Assembly (NCBI RefSeq): GCF_009914755.1
Contig: NC_060930.1
Reading direction: 5' to 3' (one strand)
DNA length: 64,000 nt
From: the human T2T-CHM13v2.0 reference genome, Homo sapiens
The notes below the pieces were generated by a model. The model ran no database searches and was not told the DNA's origin. It saw nothing but the letters and a program-made list of their open reading frames with translations. The position numbers were made by a program, and so were the translations under genes. Position 1 is the stretch's first letter; each line of letters begins with the position of its first letter. Shown one piece after another: positions 1 through 16,440 of the stretch.

Positions 1-649
1 ATTTTGACTTTTTTAGCCAGGAGAAGAAAAGAGGGGTTAATAAAATATTTCATTTGTGGGAAACTAATGCAGTATTTCCCATGCATGTTTGCTGTACTTA
101 ATAGACCATGACAGCCTTAAGATTGTAGGCTGTCTACTATTTTATGACAATTTTGATGAGTATCTTTTTTTCTCCCCTAGAATGAGTATCTGGAAAACTT
201 AATATATCACATATGTCCAAGGTAAGTGACAGATATTCTGCCATCACCATTAAAATTTCAAATGTTTCCTATGTCGTAGAAATCAGCAAACTTTGTCTCA
301 AAGCTTCCATGAATATAAGGCACTGGGCTCAAGAAAGCTGGGAATTTAAGATAGGTAAATAATGCCATGGAGGCCAAAGCTCAGGATTTTAAAGATGATG
401 GTTATCAACTTGCATTAGCCAATTTGCCCATATTTAAAACCTAAATTTACCTGTATCCTGGATGTGATAACATTTGCTGTTCTCCCAAGTGGCTTAAAAC
501 CTTTTCCCCTTTGTGTTGAGCAGGGCTCTGTGCCTTTCCCACAGCTATGTCACTCCCCTCTTTCAAGCTTCCACCATTGAGGAAAGAATCATTTCTTCAT
601 AGCTTCAAATAGATATTGTTGTAATTCTACTCAAAATTATCTAAAGTCT

Positions 650-1500
650 TCTTATTTCAGTGAACACAAAGGTAAAAATTTTAAATGGCCTGTAAGGACC
701 TATATAATCAGGCTCCATTCCCTATATGAGCTGCTCATCATTTAGTCACCCCATTGCTCCTGCTGTCTAGCCAGAGGACTTCTCACTATTCATAAAACAG
801 GGTGAACAGTTCCAAGCTCACCTTTGCACATGCATTCTCAATGAGGACAATTCTCATCCCTCTCACGTCGACACAACTCATTACTTTTCTTCTTTCAGCT
901 CCTGCTCAATGTCTCCTAAGAATGAGACCTTCGAAGACCACCCTACAGAAAATAGTAAGCCACCCCCTGCATACGCTATACCCTTACATGCTATACAATT
1001 ATCTAGCAGACTTATCACCATTTGAGTAACTATATATTTATTTCCTTTCTTTTTACCTCTGCCACACATAAATTGCATGAAGATAATTTTTGTATGTTTT
1101 GTTTACCCCTGTATGCCCAGTACTTAAAACTATGCTAGGCTAGGCATAGAGTAATTCTTCAATATTTATTTATTTATATTTGGTTTGTTTCTTTGTTTGA
1201 AATAAGACCTTGCTCTGTCATCTGAGCTGGTGTGCGGCAGCACAATCATAGCTCTACTGCAGCTGTGAACTCCTGGATTCAAGTGATCCTCCCACCTCAG
1301 CCTCCTGAGTAGCTAGGACTATAGGCATGTGCCACCACACTCGGCTGATTTTTAATTTTTTCTGCATAGATGAGTCTCACTATGTTGCTGAGGCTGGTCT
1401 CAAACTATTGACTCAAATGATCTTCCTGCCTCAGCCTCTCAAAGTGTTGGGATTATAGGCGTAAGCCACCACACCCAGCCTTGTCTGTTGAATAAATGAA
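650..1500 (+). mobile_element. L2 3' end, interrupted by AluJ
   Basis: Degenerate L2 tail ...cccagtacttaaaactatgctaggc...caatatttatt / tgttgaataaatgaa. Confidence 0.65.
1168..1480 (-). mobile_element. AluJ
   Basis: Diverged dimeric Alu with J-type 'atcatagctc...ctgcagc' and a T-rich tail. Confidence 0.9.
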
Positions 1501-1650
1501 AAATTGGAATAACAAATGAATGGTATTATCACCACTTACGTATTTGTCCGATTTTCCTTATTAAAATTCAACTCCAAGAGGGCAATTTCTTTTTTAGGTA
1601 TTTTAACTAAACAAGCAGTGACTAATTTGTGTCTGTTAACTTTTGAATTC

Positions 1651-1960
<310 letters not shown>

Positions 1961-2128
1961 GACATTTGAATTCTTGACAATAAAGGGCAAAAATTAAGGA
2001 ATACAATGAAAATATAAATGGTTTGATTGCATTTCAAGATAGTTCAGATAAGAATAGCTCTAGTCTTAATAAATAGACTCAAGAGCACAATGATAAGAAT
2101 GTGGAGGGTCAATATATCATAGTATAAT

Positions 2129-2340
2129 CACTCAGTAATTAACAAGTACTTATTGAATGCTATGTTATGATAGACACTGTGCCATACTCTAAGGATATAA
2201 TGGGAAGGAAGACATTATCTGCATTCTCAAAGGGCTTGCAGTAAGCCGAGGATACAGAAAAGTAATCAGGTGGCTGTTATCGTCTGATAAGATGTCCTGT
2301 AGGAGGACACCTACTAGTCCAGTCATGGAGATAAAGGGAG
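2129..2340 (-). mobile_element. L2 3' fragment
   Basis: aacaagtacttattgaatgc...cactgtgc resembles the reverse L2 tail. Confidence 0.55.
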
Positions 2341-2699
2341 TGAACCTGAAGGTCGTCATATAAATTATCATATAACACATTTTATGAATGAATAGTGTGG
2401 TTGCAGTTAAGCATGAAATATTTTGAAATATATATATATATTTTTTTTTCACACACTGAACTTTTACTATTGTTAAGTTAAAAATAAAACCATGGGGAGA
2501 AAGAATGCAGCAAAAGGAAAATGTGTTGTAAAACTATAAAGATAGAAGTGTAGTACTAGACTAAACAGAAATCAAAAACATAAAATTTAAACTAACAGTT
2601 GAGAGAAATTCCAAACGGATTTAAACAATATACTTCAGAAAGGGTCAGAAATTTTCTCTGAGAGTAGTAGTTCAGTTAAGGTAGAAAACAGGTGCCTTA

Positions 2700-4345
<1,646 letters not shown>

Positions 4346-4472
4346 AATAGAAGCAGTTCATGGAAAAGACAGTGGTCAATGGTTCAATTCATCAACATAT
4401 TGAGAAAAATCTATAAAGGTAAAAACATCATGAATGAGTTTGTAAGGCATGTTAAAAATGTTTTAAGCTTTA

Positions 4473-5232
4473 TTGTAGATTGTATCAGTAGGTTGCCCAT
4501 ATTCACACAGCATTTTTCTCTACACACTAAATGGGTATACTGCAAAAACCTTTAACTCTTTTCTGAGGGGCGTTTGTTATTCTTTACTGATCTTAGGACA
4601 AAGTTATTCCATTGTCCAGGAAAATCTGAGTTCCTAAGGTTAATTTCTTCAGAAACAGCTATCAAATTGGATGAATGGAAATTTGATTAAAAGATAATCC
4701 AATCTGTTATCAAATCTGTTTGGTGTGCTACATTGATACCTTGCCCTGCCCTGGCCCCACCGCCAATAATGCAGATCTCCCAGAATACTCACACTTATGA
4801 GGTCCTGTCCTTAAATCTAGCCTGGCTTTGAAAATTTCCCTAACCAATAGGGGAAATTATATAAAGCTGAGGAATCATCCAATTGAGTCCAGTTGACTGA
4901 AAAATATCACAGAAGAAAATAAAGTTGTTTTAAGTCTCTACTTCTACATTTTTAATGGGTTATTACACAGTCATACATAATTAAAACACTAGGTGTTTTC
5001 ACTGCTCAGTTGAAAAAACCTCCAAGGCATTTTCTACATTATCTTTCAGTTTCCTAGGAGAATGAAAGCTTCAGTTGCATGCAAAGGCAACAGACTTGTT
5101 AACAGATTCTTTTTTAGGTTACCTCCCTTCCTTGCCTTTATTCCCCAGTCTTCTGTATTTGTTTTCTGGGATCACCTCCCAAATGTAAATCCTTGTTTGA
5201 GGTTCTGCTTTTGAGATAAAACCAAGTAAGGC
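4473..5232 (+). mobile_element. LTR16-family ERVL LTR with nested MLT1 fragment (~4760-4990)
   Basis: 3' end ...gggatcacctcccaaat...gaggttctgcttttg...aaggca; MLT1-type end aataaagttgttttaag...ttattacacag. Confidence 0.5.
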
Positions 5233-5329
5233 AAGAAGCGTTATTGAAATGATACATTATGACAAATTCACAGTTCGGTAATAGAAAATCACTTTCTATT
5301 TAGGAAAAAGGTTTGGAAGACATGTGTAG

Positions 5330-5770
5330 AAAAGGACATCAGGTAGAATGCTATTGTAGTAATCCAGATGAAAAAGGAAGATGTGCTGAGATGAAATAAT
5401 AAGATGATGCAAGTAGACGATTATGAAAGATACTTCAGAGGTAGAATCCATAGTTATTGACAATAGTTTTGGATGTCAGTGATAAGTAAAAGCTGAGAAG
5501 ACAAGGGTATCACTCTGCCTTAGGCAACTGAATTGTTGGGGAGAGGATAAAGGAGGAGGGCCAGATTTAGGGGGAAATTTCATATACTCAAAACTGAATG
5601 TGTTTAATAAAACTACCTATGGAACACCCAGCAGGCAGTTGATCATATGTGTTATACGGTACTGGGGTGTGATGTAGTGATCTGAATGAACTGAAAATAG
5701 TAAATTAAAGATCTCCAGGATTTAAGTGGTAATTGAGTAATAATTTTATATGAGATATCTCAGGGTAATA
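5330..5770 (-). mobile_element. L2 fragment
   Basis: gctattgtagtaatccagatga...gaggtagaatc motifs. Confidence 0.6.
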
Positions 5771-7791
5771 ATAATGATAGGTGTTGTATGATAACTTCTA
5801 ATTTACACAGTAATTTTACATGTACATTTTGGCTGTAAGGCACTGAATATAGCACTAGAAATGGAATTAGAACTTTTAGATTGTGTAGTAGGACATCAAC
5901 AGGTATTCCTATTAGTTTATGGTGGCTCCTTACCCTAAGCCTGAATTACAATCTTTCTACTCATGCTTTGATTCAAAGTGTTAATCCTTTTTCAGTATTG
6001 CTAATTAAGTAAAGCCTACATTAGTCCATAGAAGAATATCAAAGTAACAAAGAATAAAAGTAGATAACAAAATGGTAATTTCAGATACACTACAGACACA
6101 CCATAGTTATGAATTTGAAGACTAAACTTTAAATGTTACACTTATAGAAGTTTAGTGCTTTGGCTTAGGAATGCTGTTTCAGCTTGCAGGTAAACTAGAA
6201 TTACCTAAGGAAATCACCTTCATTTGAAAGAGTGATTAAGGTCCATATTATGTCACTTTAAACTACGAATTGCTCTGAAAGAAGCCTCTACTGAGGATAA
6301 AAGTCCCCAGCAGAGGCTTGATTCCTGAACGGCCATCTTCCATTCCCCTGTTTCAAATCACCAAGTCAGACCACTTCTCTAGAGCAGGTCTAGCTGTCTC
6401 AAATCAGTACTGACATAGACTGATTCTGTAGATCATGACCTTAATTTTGTATAGGTACTTTACTTTGAAAGGAATAGACTCTGCCTGAATTTGACTGAGC
6501 AACTTCTTTTCATTGAATGGCTTTGAAAGCTACTTCTGTGTACAGCACATTTTCCACAATAGAAATTCAAGGATATTTTCTATCTCAATACTGTCAGCCC
6601 AAATGACTTCAAGCAGTTTCAATTCTGCCATCTGTAAGAGATGAATTTGTTCAATCAAGTTAAATCACCGTACCAGCTCAGTCGCTGCACCAGAAGGCAT
6701 TAGAGTTTTACCTAACTGTTCTTATTCCAAGGTTAAATTAGTGTCTGAGGTTTCACATTTTGCCCCGAACCAGCAATTTATATATTTGTAATAATATATT
6801 CAGAAAATATTCATTAGCTAATTTAAGATGTCACATGGAGTGATTGTTTGAGCTTCTACTAAAAACATATTTTAAGATTCATTTTTAATAAAAAGAAACA
6901 ATACTCTATTCATTATAAGTTGAATTTTAATCCATGAACTATGTATGTTAGGTATAGTGTATTCTACCTTCCTTACACATATAGAAGTTCACAGATGCAC
7001 ATATAGGCACATATACAGAAGGCTGAAGTCCGGCTCACCTTTAAAATTTCCTGATATTTTCAATCCTGCTCAACTTAGGTCAAGTCTCCTTTCACATCCA
7101 GTTTGCTTTATTTCTACATTTTCTTTCCTGGTCTACAACTACCATTACCTGTCTTGAACCCTCATCTAAATATAGGAGCTCATTTCTCTGTTCTCAGTTT
7201 ATTTTTCTAAACATTTTCCTACAGGGGCTTCTTATAGTTATTTCTTACAGCACTTTTACTGATAATACAATAGCAGGACATGTTTTAAAATCACAGAATA
7301 GGATATTTAATACAGCTATTAGGAAATACTATTTTACACAGTAGATTTTTCAGTGTACAAAAGTAGCCATCTTGTTTAGTTAGAACCACCTCCATGATAC
7401 ATTGTCAAGGTATAGAATGAATATTCATGAGCTAAAATTTGAAAAAGAAAGAAGGGGAGGCATTATAAACAATTTTTCATGTAACCATATAGAATATCTG
7501 CAATACAACTACCACAAACCAGTAAGACGAGTTGTCAACTGGAAGAAAACTGTCTGGGAGCCAAGCATGAGAGGGAGAATTTTCATTGTGCAAAATAAAA
7601 ACTTTGAAGCTATGTAAATGAATTATCTATCAAAAACATTAAAAATAAATAAATGGCTTCTGACCAAACAACTATAGCGATTTCTTTGATTGAATAAAGT
7701 GATCATGAAAGTCTGTTCATTAAGTAAAGGGGATACTGAACTTAAATAGGTTTGTAACTCAAGGATAAATATTAATAAAAAACGCAGGTAT

Positions 7792-8142
<351 letters not shown>

Positions 8143-8229
8143 TTATCTTGATTGCAGTTATACAATACAAAAACAAAATAAAACTTAAAAGTTGTTGCTC
8201 ATTTATTCTAAATTTTTTTTCTAATTTCT

Positions 8230-9420
8230 GAATAGACTACAGATATAAGGTGTTCAATGAATTAAATATCGTTCCTGTCCATGTATGGCTTATAACCTAG
8301 TGGGGAAAATGATATTTAATTTTAAAAATAGAAAATCAAATTCATAATTATTAATGTTTAGTAAATTTTATATTAAAAATTGAATTTTCAGATAAATATA
8401 ATAAAAGGGAAAGGTTAGAGAAGATCTCACTGCAAAAAATTACATTTGGTTTCATAGACTTAGGCAGACAAAGAAAGAGGGAAAGAGTGTTCAATAACTA
8501 ATGAAAGAGACAAGAAACAAGCTTAGAAATGAAGATTAAAAGCAAATGATGCAGAACCTTGGAAAACAGGTTATAGATTTTCTATATTTTCTTAAATGCA
8601 AAAGAAATCCCAAACAGATTTTTGGAAGCCAGCTGTATTTGCATTTTACACTATCCTTCTGAGTGACACAAAGAGAAGCCCAGCTTTATTTAAAACATAC
8701 AGTCATGTGCCACATAACAACATTTCAGTTAATGAGGACCTGCATAAAAGACAGTGGTTCCATAAGATTATGATGGAGACTCCCCTATAAAAGTGGACCA
8801 TTTTATTTAATCTTTTATACCGTGTTTTTACCATATCTTTTCTATTTTTAGATATGCAAATACTTACATTTGCATTGCATTTGTCAACAGTGTTCAAGAC
8901 AGTAACAGATTTGTAGCATAGGAGCAATAGGCTATAGTATCTAGCCTATACTGTCTAGCCTAGGTGTGTAGCAGGATATACCATCTAGGTTTGTTACACC
9001 CAATCTATGATGTTTGCACAATGATGAAACCACTTCACTACACATTTCTCAGAATACATCTCCATTGTTAAACCATGCATGACTGTTCGGTGATAATCTA
9101 CAGAAGAGATTTACTAGGGTGCAGAGAGATTAAGAAAGTTAGATTTGAAATATATTGAGAGGTAAATTAATAGAATTTGGTGAAAGTTGATGGGTGTTAA
9201 AATTGAGTTAAGTGTCTTCAATAGTGACTCCTGGTTTTGTGGCTTGAGCAGTTGGGTACAAGCAGATGAACTGTTATCTGAACAGAAAAGACTAGAAGAG
9301 GAGCAACTTGGGGTACAGGGAGAGCTCACATTACGTGTAAGTTTCTAAATTTTTGCTATCAATTTGAGTGTTGTGATATCAAATAGGCAGCCTATGTTGA
9401 ACACTAGGAATAAATCCAAC
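8230..9420 (-). mobile_element. L2, interrupted by Tigger3
   Basis: L2 motifs either side (gtgactcctggttttgtggcttgagcagttgggt). Confidence 0.55.
8700..9085 (+). mobile_element. Tigger3/MER7 non-autonomous DNA transposon
   Basis: TIRs cagtcatg...catgactg, 5' TA flank, characteristic internal sequence. Confidence 0.85.
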
Positions 9421-10955
9421 AGCCATAAATGTTCCCTCTCTTTTTTTCCCCCGCCCAGAGGAGTAGTAGATCTTTCTTTCATTACTGTTTGGCATGGACC
9501 TCTGTCTTCATTCAGAGTTATCTGATATGAAAATGAGCTCAGTGCACAGAAGGAGAGATTCAGACTAGGAAAATTGCCTCCCATATGGCAGGATAGTGAA
9601 TACTGTTAAGGAAAAAATGAGGAATATTATCACCTTTATCAGAAAATGACACACAAAATGTCTCAAATTCCCAATGTCAATTAACCTGTTTGTTCAATGT
9701 CATTAGCAATTATCATTTACTAAGCAATTCTCATTGTTCATTTGGAACATTTCTTTATTTAGCCCTTTAGAAGTCAATTTTGAATTGGCATGTCACTTTG
9801 CCCCAGTAGACACCATGGAAACTAGGATAGACTAGTTAAAAGAAGATTATTTTAAAATTACCTCTTTTTATAAAAGAAACTGACACAAAACTGCTGTTTT
9901 GCAAATTATTCTTAAAAAGTGGCCTTTTCATTTTAAATGACTTTAATACTTTTAAAAGATCGAATAAGAAACGGAAAATAATGGTTTAACATTAATATTT
10001 AGATTGATTTTAGCTTCAGATCAATTTGTTTTTATTTATGGCTAACTTTTTAAATGATAGATTCTTTAACTTGTACTTATTTTTTTCTACTTTATCCTCA
10101 GATTATTTGTGCTAAAAACTACTCAAAGAAACAAAAGACAGAAGTTTGTGTCACTGAGTCCTAAGCTAAATGGAAGAACTTTGATGTTACTGTTTTCATC
10201 TCTCATACTTCCAGAAGGGTAAAGCTGGAAGATCCACATTCAGAGACAATCCCCATCAACCATTATTACACAGCTATGATTAGGACCCCAACCACTCTCT
10301 AAGTAGAGATATGATTTGCTTTTATAAATGCTGGGTTTAGTTGTGAATTTAAACTTGTTATGAATAAATATTGACATAAATTCTACAAGGAAATTGTTCC
10401 TCAGGCTTGGCGGATGTACCTCTTAGGAATAATAACAAATATCCTGTTCCAGATCGAAACTATGCCAATCAGTCTGAAAATACTCAATTTGTCCAGTGAT
10501 TTCCATGTGTCTCTAAGCATATATATTTTACAAATAACAACTTCTTTAATCTTGGACTTGTGTTGTTTGATATGTGTGTCTTCTTTATTAGAGGATGGAA
10601 ATGGAAGTTATCAAGGCTAGGCATACCTGATCAGTTAGTTAGTTGCATGAGATGCTAGAACAGTGAAACATATTATTAATGAGGCTTTAAGAATCTACCA
10701 CATTCTCTTTCTCCTAGTTAATATATGGTGATCTTGTGTGTCTCATTTTAGATGCCTCCTGTAATGAGAAGATATCTCTAACCCCACACTGAGTTGGATT
10801 ATACATTTTCAGGGAGTACGGCTATTACAAAATTTGTTATTATTTATTATATTTACCTTTTTTGTTTTCCTGGTTTTTACTTTGGGTTCCTCATTAAATC
10901 TATTATAATTTTAATGCAAGAAGCACATCTTTTTTTCATTCAATCTATGGTACAA

Positions 10956-11282
10956 TGTTGTGGGTGTACCAAAGCTTATTTTCTATTCCTCCTTTCTGGA
11001 CACATACAAGATTATAGAGCTTATGTGGTAAAGTGTAGCCATGTGACTGTTTCTGGACCATAATATCTAAATGATACTTTTAATTTCTGAGCTGAATCAG
11101 CAAATAATCTTGTTTTACCGTGGAACGACCACCATGGGGTACGTGTGTGTGAGATAACAGAATGTTTATTAATCTGGGTTCCTTTGTAAATATGTAGAAT
11201 GAGGCTACATATTTGTTAATCGCTGATATTTTGGGGTTAAAATTTATTAAGCACGGCTTATTTTTAGCTATTCTAAGTAATA
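10956..11282 (+). mobile_element. Old MLT1 (J/K-like) LTR
   Basis: tgtagccatgtgactgtttctgg motif and MLT1-like 3' end. Confidence 0.5.
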
Positions 11283-11496
11283 TAGTGTTCTAAGACGCTA
11301 GTAACATGCTTGGCCTATAAGGTATAAAAATATGAATTGAATGACTGAATACATGGAAATATTTTTCCTCCTCAGCTGAAACTCCAGATGTCATTAACTT
11401 TGAAAGTCAATATTCATGTTGAAAACACCTGTAAATCAAAGTACACACTTTTAAAATTCATCTCCTTCATGATTTACTATATAAAATGTTTACCAA

Positions 11497-12012
11497 TGTC
11501 AAAAACTTAGGTCTGAGATTTTACCCTGGTTACAGTGTAATGACTTAGGCTGCCACAGTTTCATAAACACTGGCAGAAGATATGAGACTCTCAGGTTGGA
11601 GACAAAGGACCTTACTCATCATGACATAGCAGGCAGCATGCATTTTATGTTTGCTTTGGTTCTCCTTATTCCCCATGTCTCAAAGAGTAATGCAGAGCAC
11701 AGAGTGACTCAGGACTCAGAAAAATGCTGCCCAAGCGGTGAATATCCATCACCGTGAGGAAACCTTAGCTAGCAACACCCTAATCCTTTAAAGTGGCTGC
11801 ATGCAAACCTTCTTGAATCTTGTCCTGGTGAACAAACAAATTTATCTTCTTCACTGGAGGGAGACATTATCCAATTTCCGAGATTGCATGCTATACAAGC
11901 ATACTTGAAAACATAGCCCTGAATCTGTATGTCTTTCATGCACAGGTTAAAATGCCTGTGCATGGAAGACATACAGACTCACAAGACATTCACCAAAAAT
12001 TGTCTCCCAGAA
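11497..12012 (-). mobile_element. LTR40-like ERVL LTR
   Basis: Reverse strand begins ...tgggagacaatt; tgagattttaccct...ctgccacagtttcat...gagacaaaggac block. Confidence 0.6.
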
Positions 12013-13393
12013 ATTAAGAAAACAGATGCTTAGAAATTTCACTTTTTACAGGGATTGGCAGACTATGGCTTTCCACAAAAAATTATTTTACCCTTTCATT
12101 TACTCATTCAGCAACTATTTGTTAAGATACTTTTATAGAATAAATATGGGGTTTGACCTTTAATACATATTTACCTACCCAAAGTATGTATTGCTTCCAT
12201 CAATGCGGTCCATAGGAGAAAGTTTGAAAATTTCAAATATGCAAGATTGAGTATAGACAAATTTAGGTGTGATTGGGAATAATATAAAACAACAACAGAA
12301 ACAGCAACAATACCTAATATTTTTGAAATCTATTGTGTACTGGATGGCTTTAAATAGATTATGTCATTTGTTAAAAATAGCATAATTAGGAATGCTCTAT
12401 TATTATCTATATTTTATTTGTAGTGTGTTTAATAGTTTAATTTAGAACGAGCATTATGATGAGATGAGTGAGGCAAGGTTAGGAAGTAAAAGGCCAGATC
12501 TTGTTGCTATTTAAAAACTTGGTATCAATGACTTTCTTCACCAAATAGCATGGTGCTGCCATAAAAACAGACACATGGACCAATGAAATAGAATATAGAA
12601 CCCAGAAGCAAATCCATACATCTACAGTGAACACATTTTCAACAAAGGTCCCCCAACATATACTGCGGAAATGCAGTCTTTTCAATAAACAGTGCTGGGA
12701 AAACTGGATATCCATATGCAGAAAAATGAAGTTAGTCCCCTACCTCTCGCCATATACAAAAATCAAATCAAAATGGATTAAAAACTTAAGTATAAGACCT
12801 CAAACTATGAAAGTACTACAAGAAAACATTGGGGAAGCTCTTCAGGACATTGGATTGGGCAACAATTTATTGATAATACCCCACAAACACAGACAACCAA
12901 AGCAAAATGGACAAATGGGATCACATCAAGTTAAAAAGCTTCTGCACAGCAAAGAAATCATTCAGCAAAGAGAAGAAACAACCCACAAAATGGGAGAAAA
13001 TATTTGCAAACTATACATTGGACAAGGGATTAATATCCAAAATATATGAGGAGCTCAAACAATTCTATAGGAAAGTATCCAATAATCTGCTTTAAAAATG
13101 GGCAAATGATCTGAATAGCCACTTCTCAAAAGAAGACATACAGATGGCAAACAAGTGTATAAGAAAGTGCTCAACATCATTGACTATCATAGAAAAATAA
13201 CTAGAAACTAATGAGATATCATCTCACTCCTGTTAAAATGGCTTTTATCCAAAATACAGGCAATAACAAATGCTAGAGAGAGTGTGGAGAAAAAGTAACC
13301 CTCTTACGCTGTTGGTGGGGATGTCAATTAGTACAACCACTATAGAGAAGAGTTTGGAGATTCCTCAAAAAACTAAAAATAGAACTACCCTAT

Positions 13394-13790
13394 TGTATTA
13401 GTTTATTCTTGCTATAAGAAATACCCAAGCCTAGGAAATTTATAAAGAAAAGAGATTTAATTGGTTCACAGTTTTGCAGGCTGTACAGGAAGCATAGCAG
13501 CTTCTGTTTCTGGGGAGGCCTCAGAAAGCACCCAATCATGACCGAGGGCAAAGCGGGAGCAAGACAGTTCACATGGCTGTAATAGGAGAAAGAGAGAGAA
13601 GGGGGAGGTGCCACATACTTTTAAACTACCAGATCTCACGAGAATTCACTATTGCCACAACTGCACCAAGAGGCTAAATCATAAGAAACTGCCCCCATGA
13701 TCCAATCACCTCCTACCAGGTCCTATTCCAACATTGAGGATTAAAATTCAACAAGAGATTTGGGTAGGGCACACAGATCAAACCATATCA
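13394..13790 (-). mobile_element. MSTA-type MaLR solo LTR inside L1MA
   Basis: tgtattagt...aaccatatca termini; TSD c[c/a]tat. Confidence 0.85.
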
Positions 13791-14294
13791 CATATGATCC
13801 AGTAATCCTACTGCTAGGGATATACTCAAAACAAAGAAAACTAGTATATTAAAGAGATATCTGAACTCACATGTTTACTGCAGCATTGTTAACAATAGTC
13901 AAGATTTGGAAGTAACCTGAGTCCATCAACAGACAAATGGATAAGGAAAATGTGGTACATATACCAATGGAGTACTATTCAGCCATTAAAAAGGATGAGA
14001 TTCAGTCATTTGCAAAAACATGGATGGAGCTAGAGGTCATTATGTTAAGTAAAATAAGCCAGGCACAGAAAGATGAACTTCACATAGTCTCACTTATTTG
14101 TGGGTGCTAAAAATTTGAACAATTGAACTCATGGAGATAGAGAGTAGGATGGTTACCAGAGGCTGAGAAGCGTAGTGGGAGTGGGGGGAAGTGGGGATGG
14201 TTAAATGGTTAATGGATACAAAAATATACTTAGATAAAATGAATACGATACAGTATTTGATAGCACAAGAGGGTGACTATAATCAACAGTAATT

Positions 14295-14507
<213 letters not shown>

Positions 14508-15154
14508 TAATTAAGAATATAATTGGATTGTCTTTAACAGAAAGAAAGGATAAATGCTTGAGGTGATAGGTACTCCATTTATCCTGATGTAATTATTACA
14601 CATTGTATGCCTGTATCAAAATATCTCATGTATCTCATATGTATAGACACCTACTATGTACTCATAAAAATAAATAATAAAAATAAAAAATAAAAATTTG
14701 ATAAAATTCCTGCTCATATTGCATTTTTGTCATTGGCATTATTCTGTCAGATATCAAATAATTCTAAATATATTTTGGTTGTGGCCCATAATTAATTATT
14801 TTGATAATGATGGAGAAAATGTTTGATGAACACTCTACTGACATTTATTCATTTTATTCTAAGCTTAGGTTATATATAGCAATCCTTAGAGTCAAGATTT
14901 GTGGATGATCCATGAATAAAAATCATGTATATGGGAATGATTATGGTATTTAAATTTCTAGTAAATAATAAATTTTCAGTGACCCCTCTGTTGACATATA
15001 CCATTTTTATTTTTGTCTATACAAGATGGGGTGAGGATGCTGTCCTTGCTAAAGAAGGAAGTACTGCAGAAAGATGTAGCCAGGTGGCTTAAAAAGCTAC
15101 TTGGCAGGCAACAGGATCATGCTGGTGTTCTGGACTTATTGGATATTTTATTCT

Positions 15155-15451
15155 ATTCTTTTCTTTTTTTATACAGAGTGTCACACTATAGCCTGGGTTC
15201 GAGTGCAATGGTGTCATCTCAGCTCACTGCAACCTCCGCCTCCCAGGTTCAAGCGATTCTCCTGCCTCAGCCTTCTGAGTAGCTGGGATTACAGGTGTCC
15301 GCCACCATGCCCGGCTAATTTTTTGCATTTTTAGTAGAGATGGAGTTTCACTATGTTGGGCAGGCTGGTCTTGAACTCCTGACCTCGTGATCTGCCCACC
15401 TTGGCCTCCCAAAGTGCTGGGATTACAGGCATTGAGCCACTGTGACCAGCC
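15155..15451 (-). mobile_element. AluS
   Basis: Full dimeric Alu. Confidence 0.92.
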
Positions 15452-15630
15452 TATATTCTTTTATTTCTTTGCAATGTTCCAGAGAACTTTCTTAAGCATT
15501 CATTATGTTTAATAACTTCTGCTTCCAAAGTAGACTGAAATAAACCCTTCTCCCCAAGATGTAGAGAGGCACTTCTTTCTACTGATGACTTATTTCTAGA
15601 TTCAGAAGGCTACTTGTCAGATTTTTGTAA

Positions 15631-15768
15631 CCTCTGATGCTATGAGGAAAGAACATGAAAGAATCTTAGAGAAAAGCCTATATCATCTTAAATATTCTTC
15701 CTCTGATGCTGTGAGGAAAGAACATGAAAGAATCTTACAGAAAAGCCTATATGATCTTAAATATTCTT
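15631..15768. repeat. 69-bp tandem duplication (2 copies, 3 mismatches)
   Basis: cctctgatgct[a/g]tgaggaaagaacatg...aaatattctt at 15631-15699 and 15700-15768. Confidence 0.95.
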
Positions 15769-15864
15769 TACTTTTCAAGGTTACTCACTCTCCCAACAAA
15801 TTTTCTATCCTCGTTCAGTTTCTGTTCAGTGTATTAAAGCTTGCAGGCAGGAGCAGAAAGACAT

Positions 15865-16220
15865 TGTGATGGTTAATTCTATGTGTCTATGTGACTGGAC
15901 CACGAGGTGCCCAGATATTTGGGGAAATATTCTCAGTGTGTCTATGAGGGTGTTTCTGGATGAGATTAATGTTTAAATTGCAGACTGAATAAAGAAGATT
16001 GCTTCCTTCCTATGTGAGTGGGCCCCATTCAATCTGTTAAAGGCCTGATAGAACAAATTGTTGAGTAATAGAGATTTACTCTTTCTGCCTGACCAACTTC
16101 CAGTTAAGACCATGGTCTTCTCTTGCCTTCAGACTCAAATGGGAACTTACATTGTCGACACTCCTTCTCTGGCCTCCAGTTTGCCAACTGCAGATCTTGG
16201 GACTTCTCAGCCTCTTTGAC

Positions 16221-16270
<50 letters not shown>

Positions 16271-16440
16271 CATATACATATAATTATATATTTATATATG
16301 GAAATATGTAAAAATTATTTATAAAGATTACATATAAAATTATATATAATAATATATAAAATTATATATATGTTCATGTGTACATACATATATGTGTATA
16401 TATACATATTTCTGTTTCTCTGGAGAATCCCGATAATACA
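15865..16440 (+). mobile_element. MLT2 (ERVL) solo LTR with expanded TA-rich interior
   Basis: tgtgatggttaat...ataataca termini; perfect 5-bp TSD GACAT. Confidence 0.9.
16224..16263. repeat. (AT)~20 microsatellite
   Basis: Direct reading. Confidence 0.97.

Noticed and set aside
12479-13095. ORFs of 62-140 aa
   Set aside because: Decayed L1MA ORF2 fragments.
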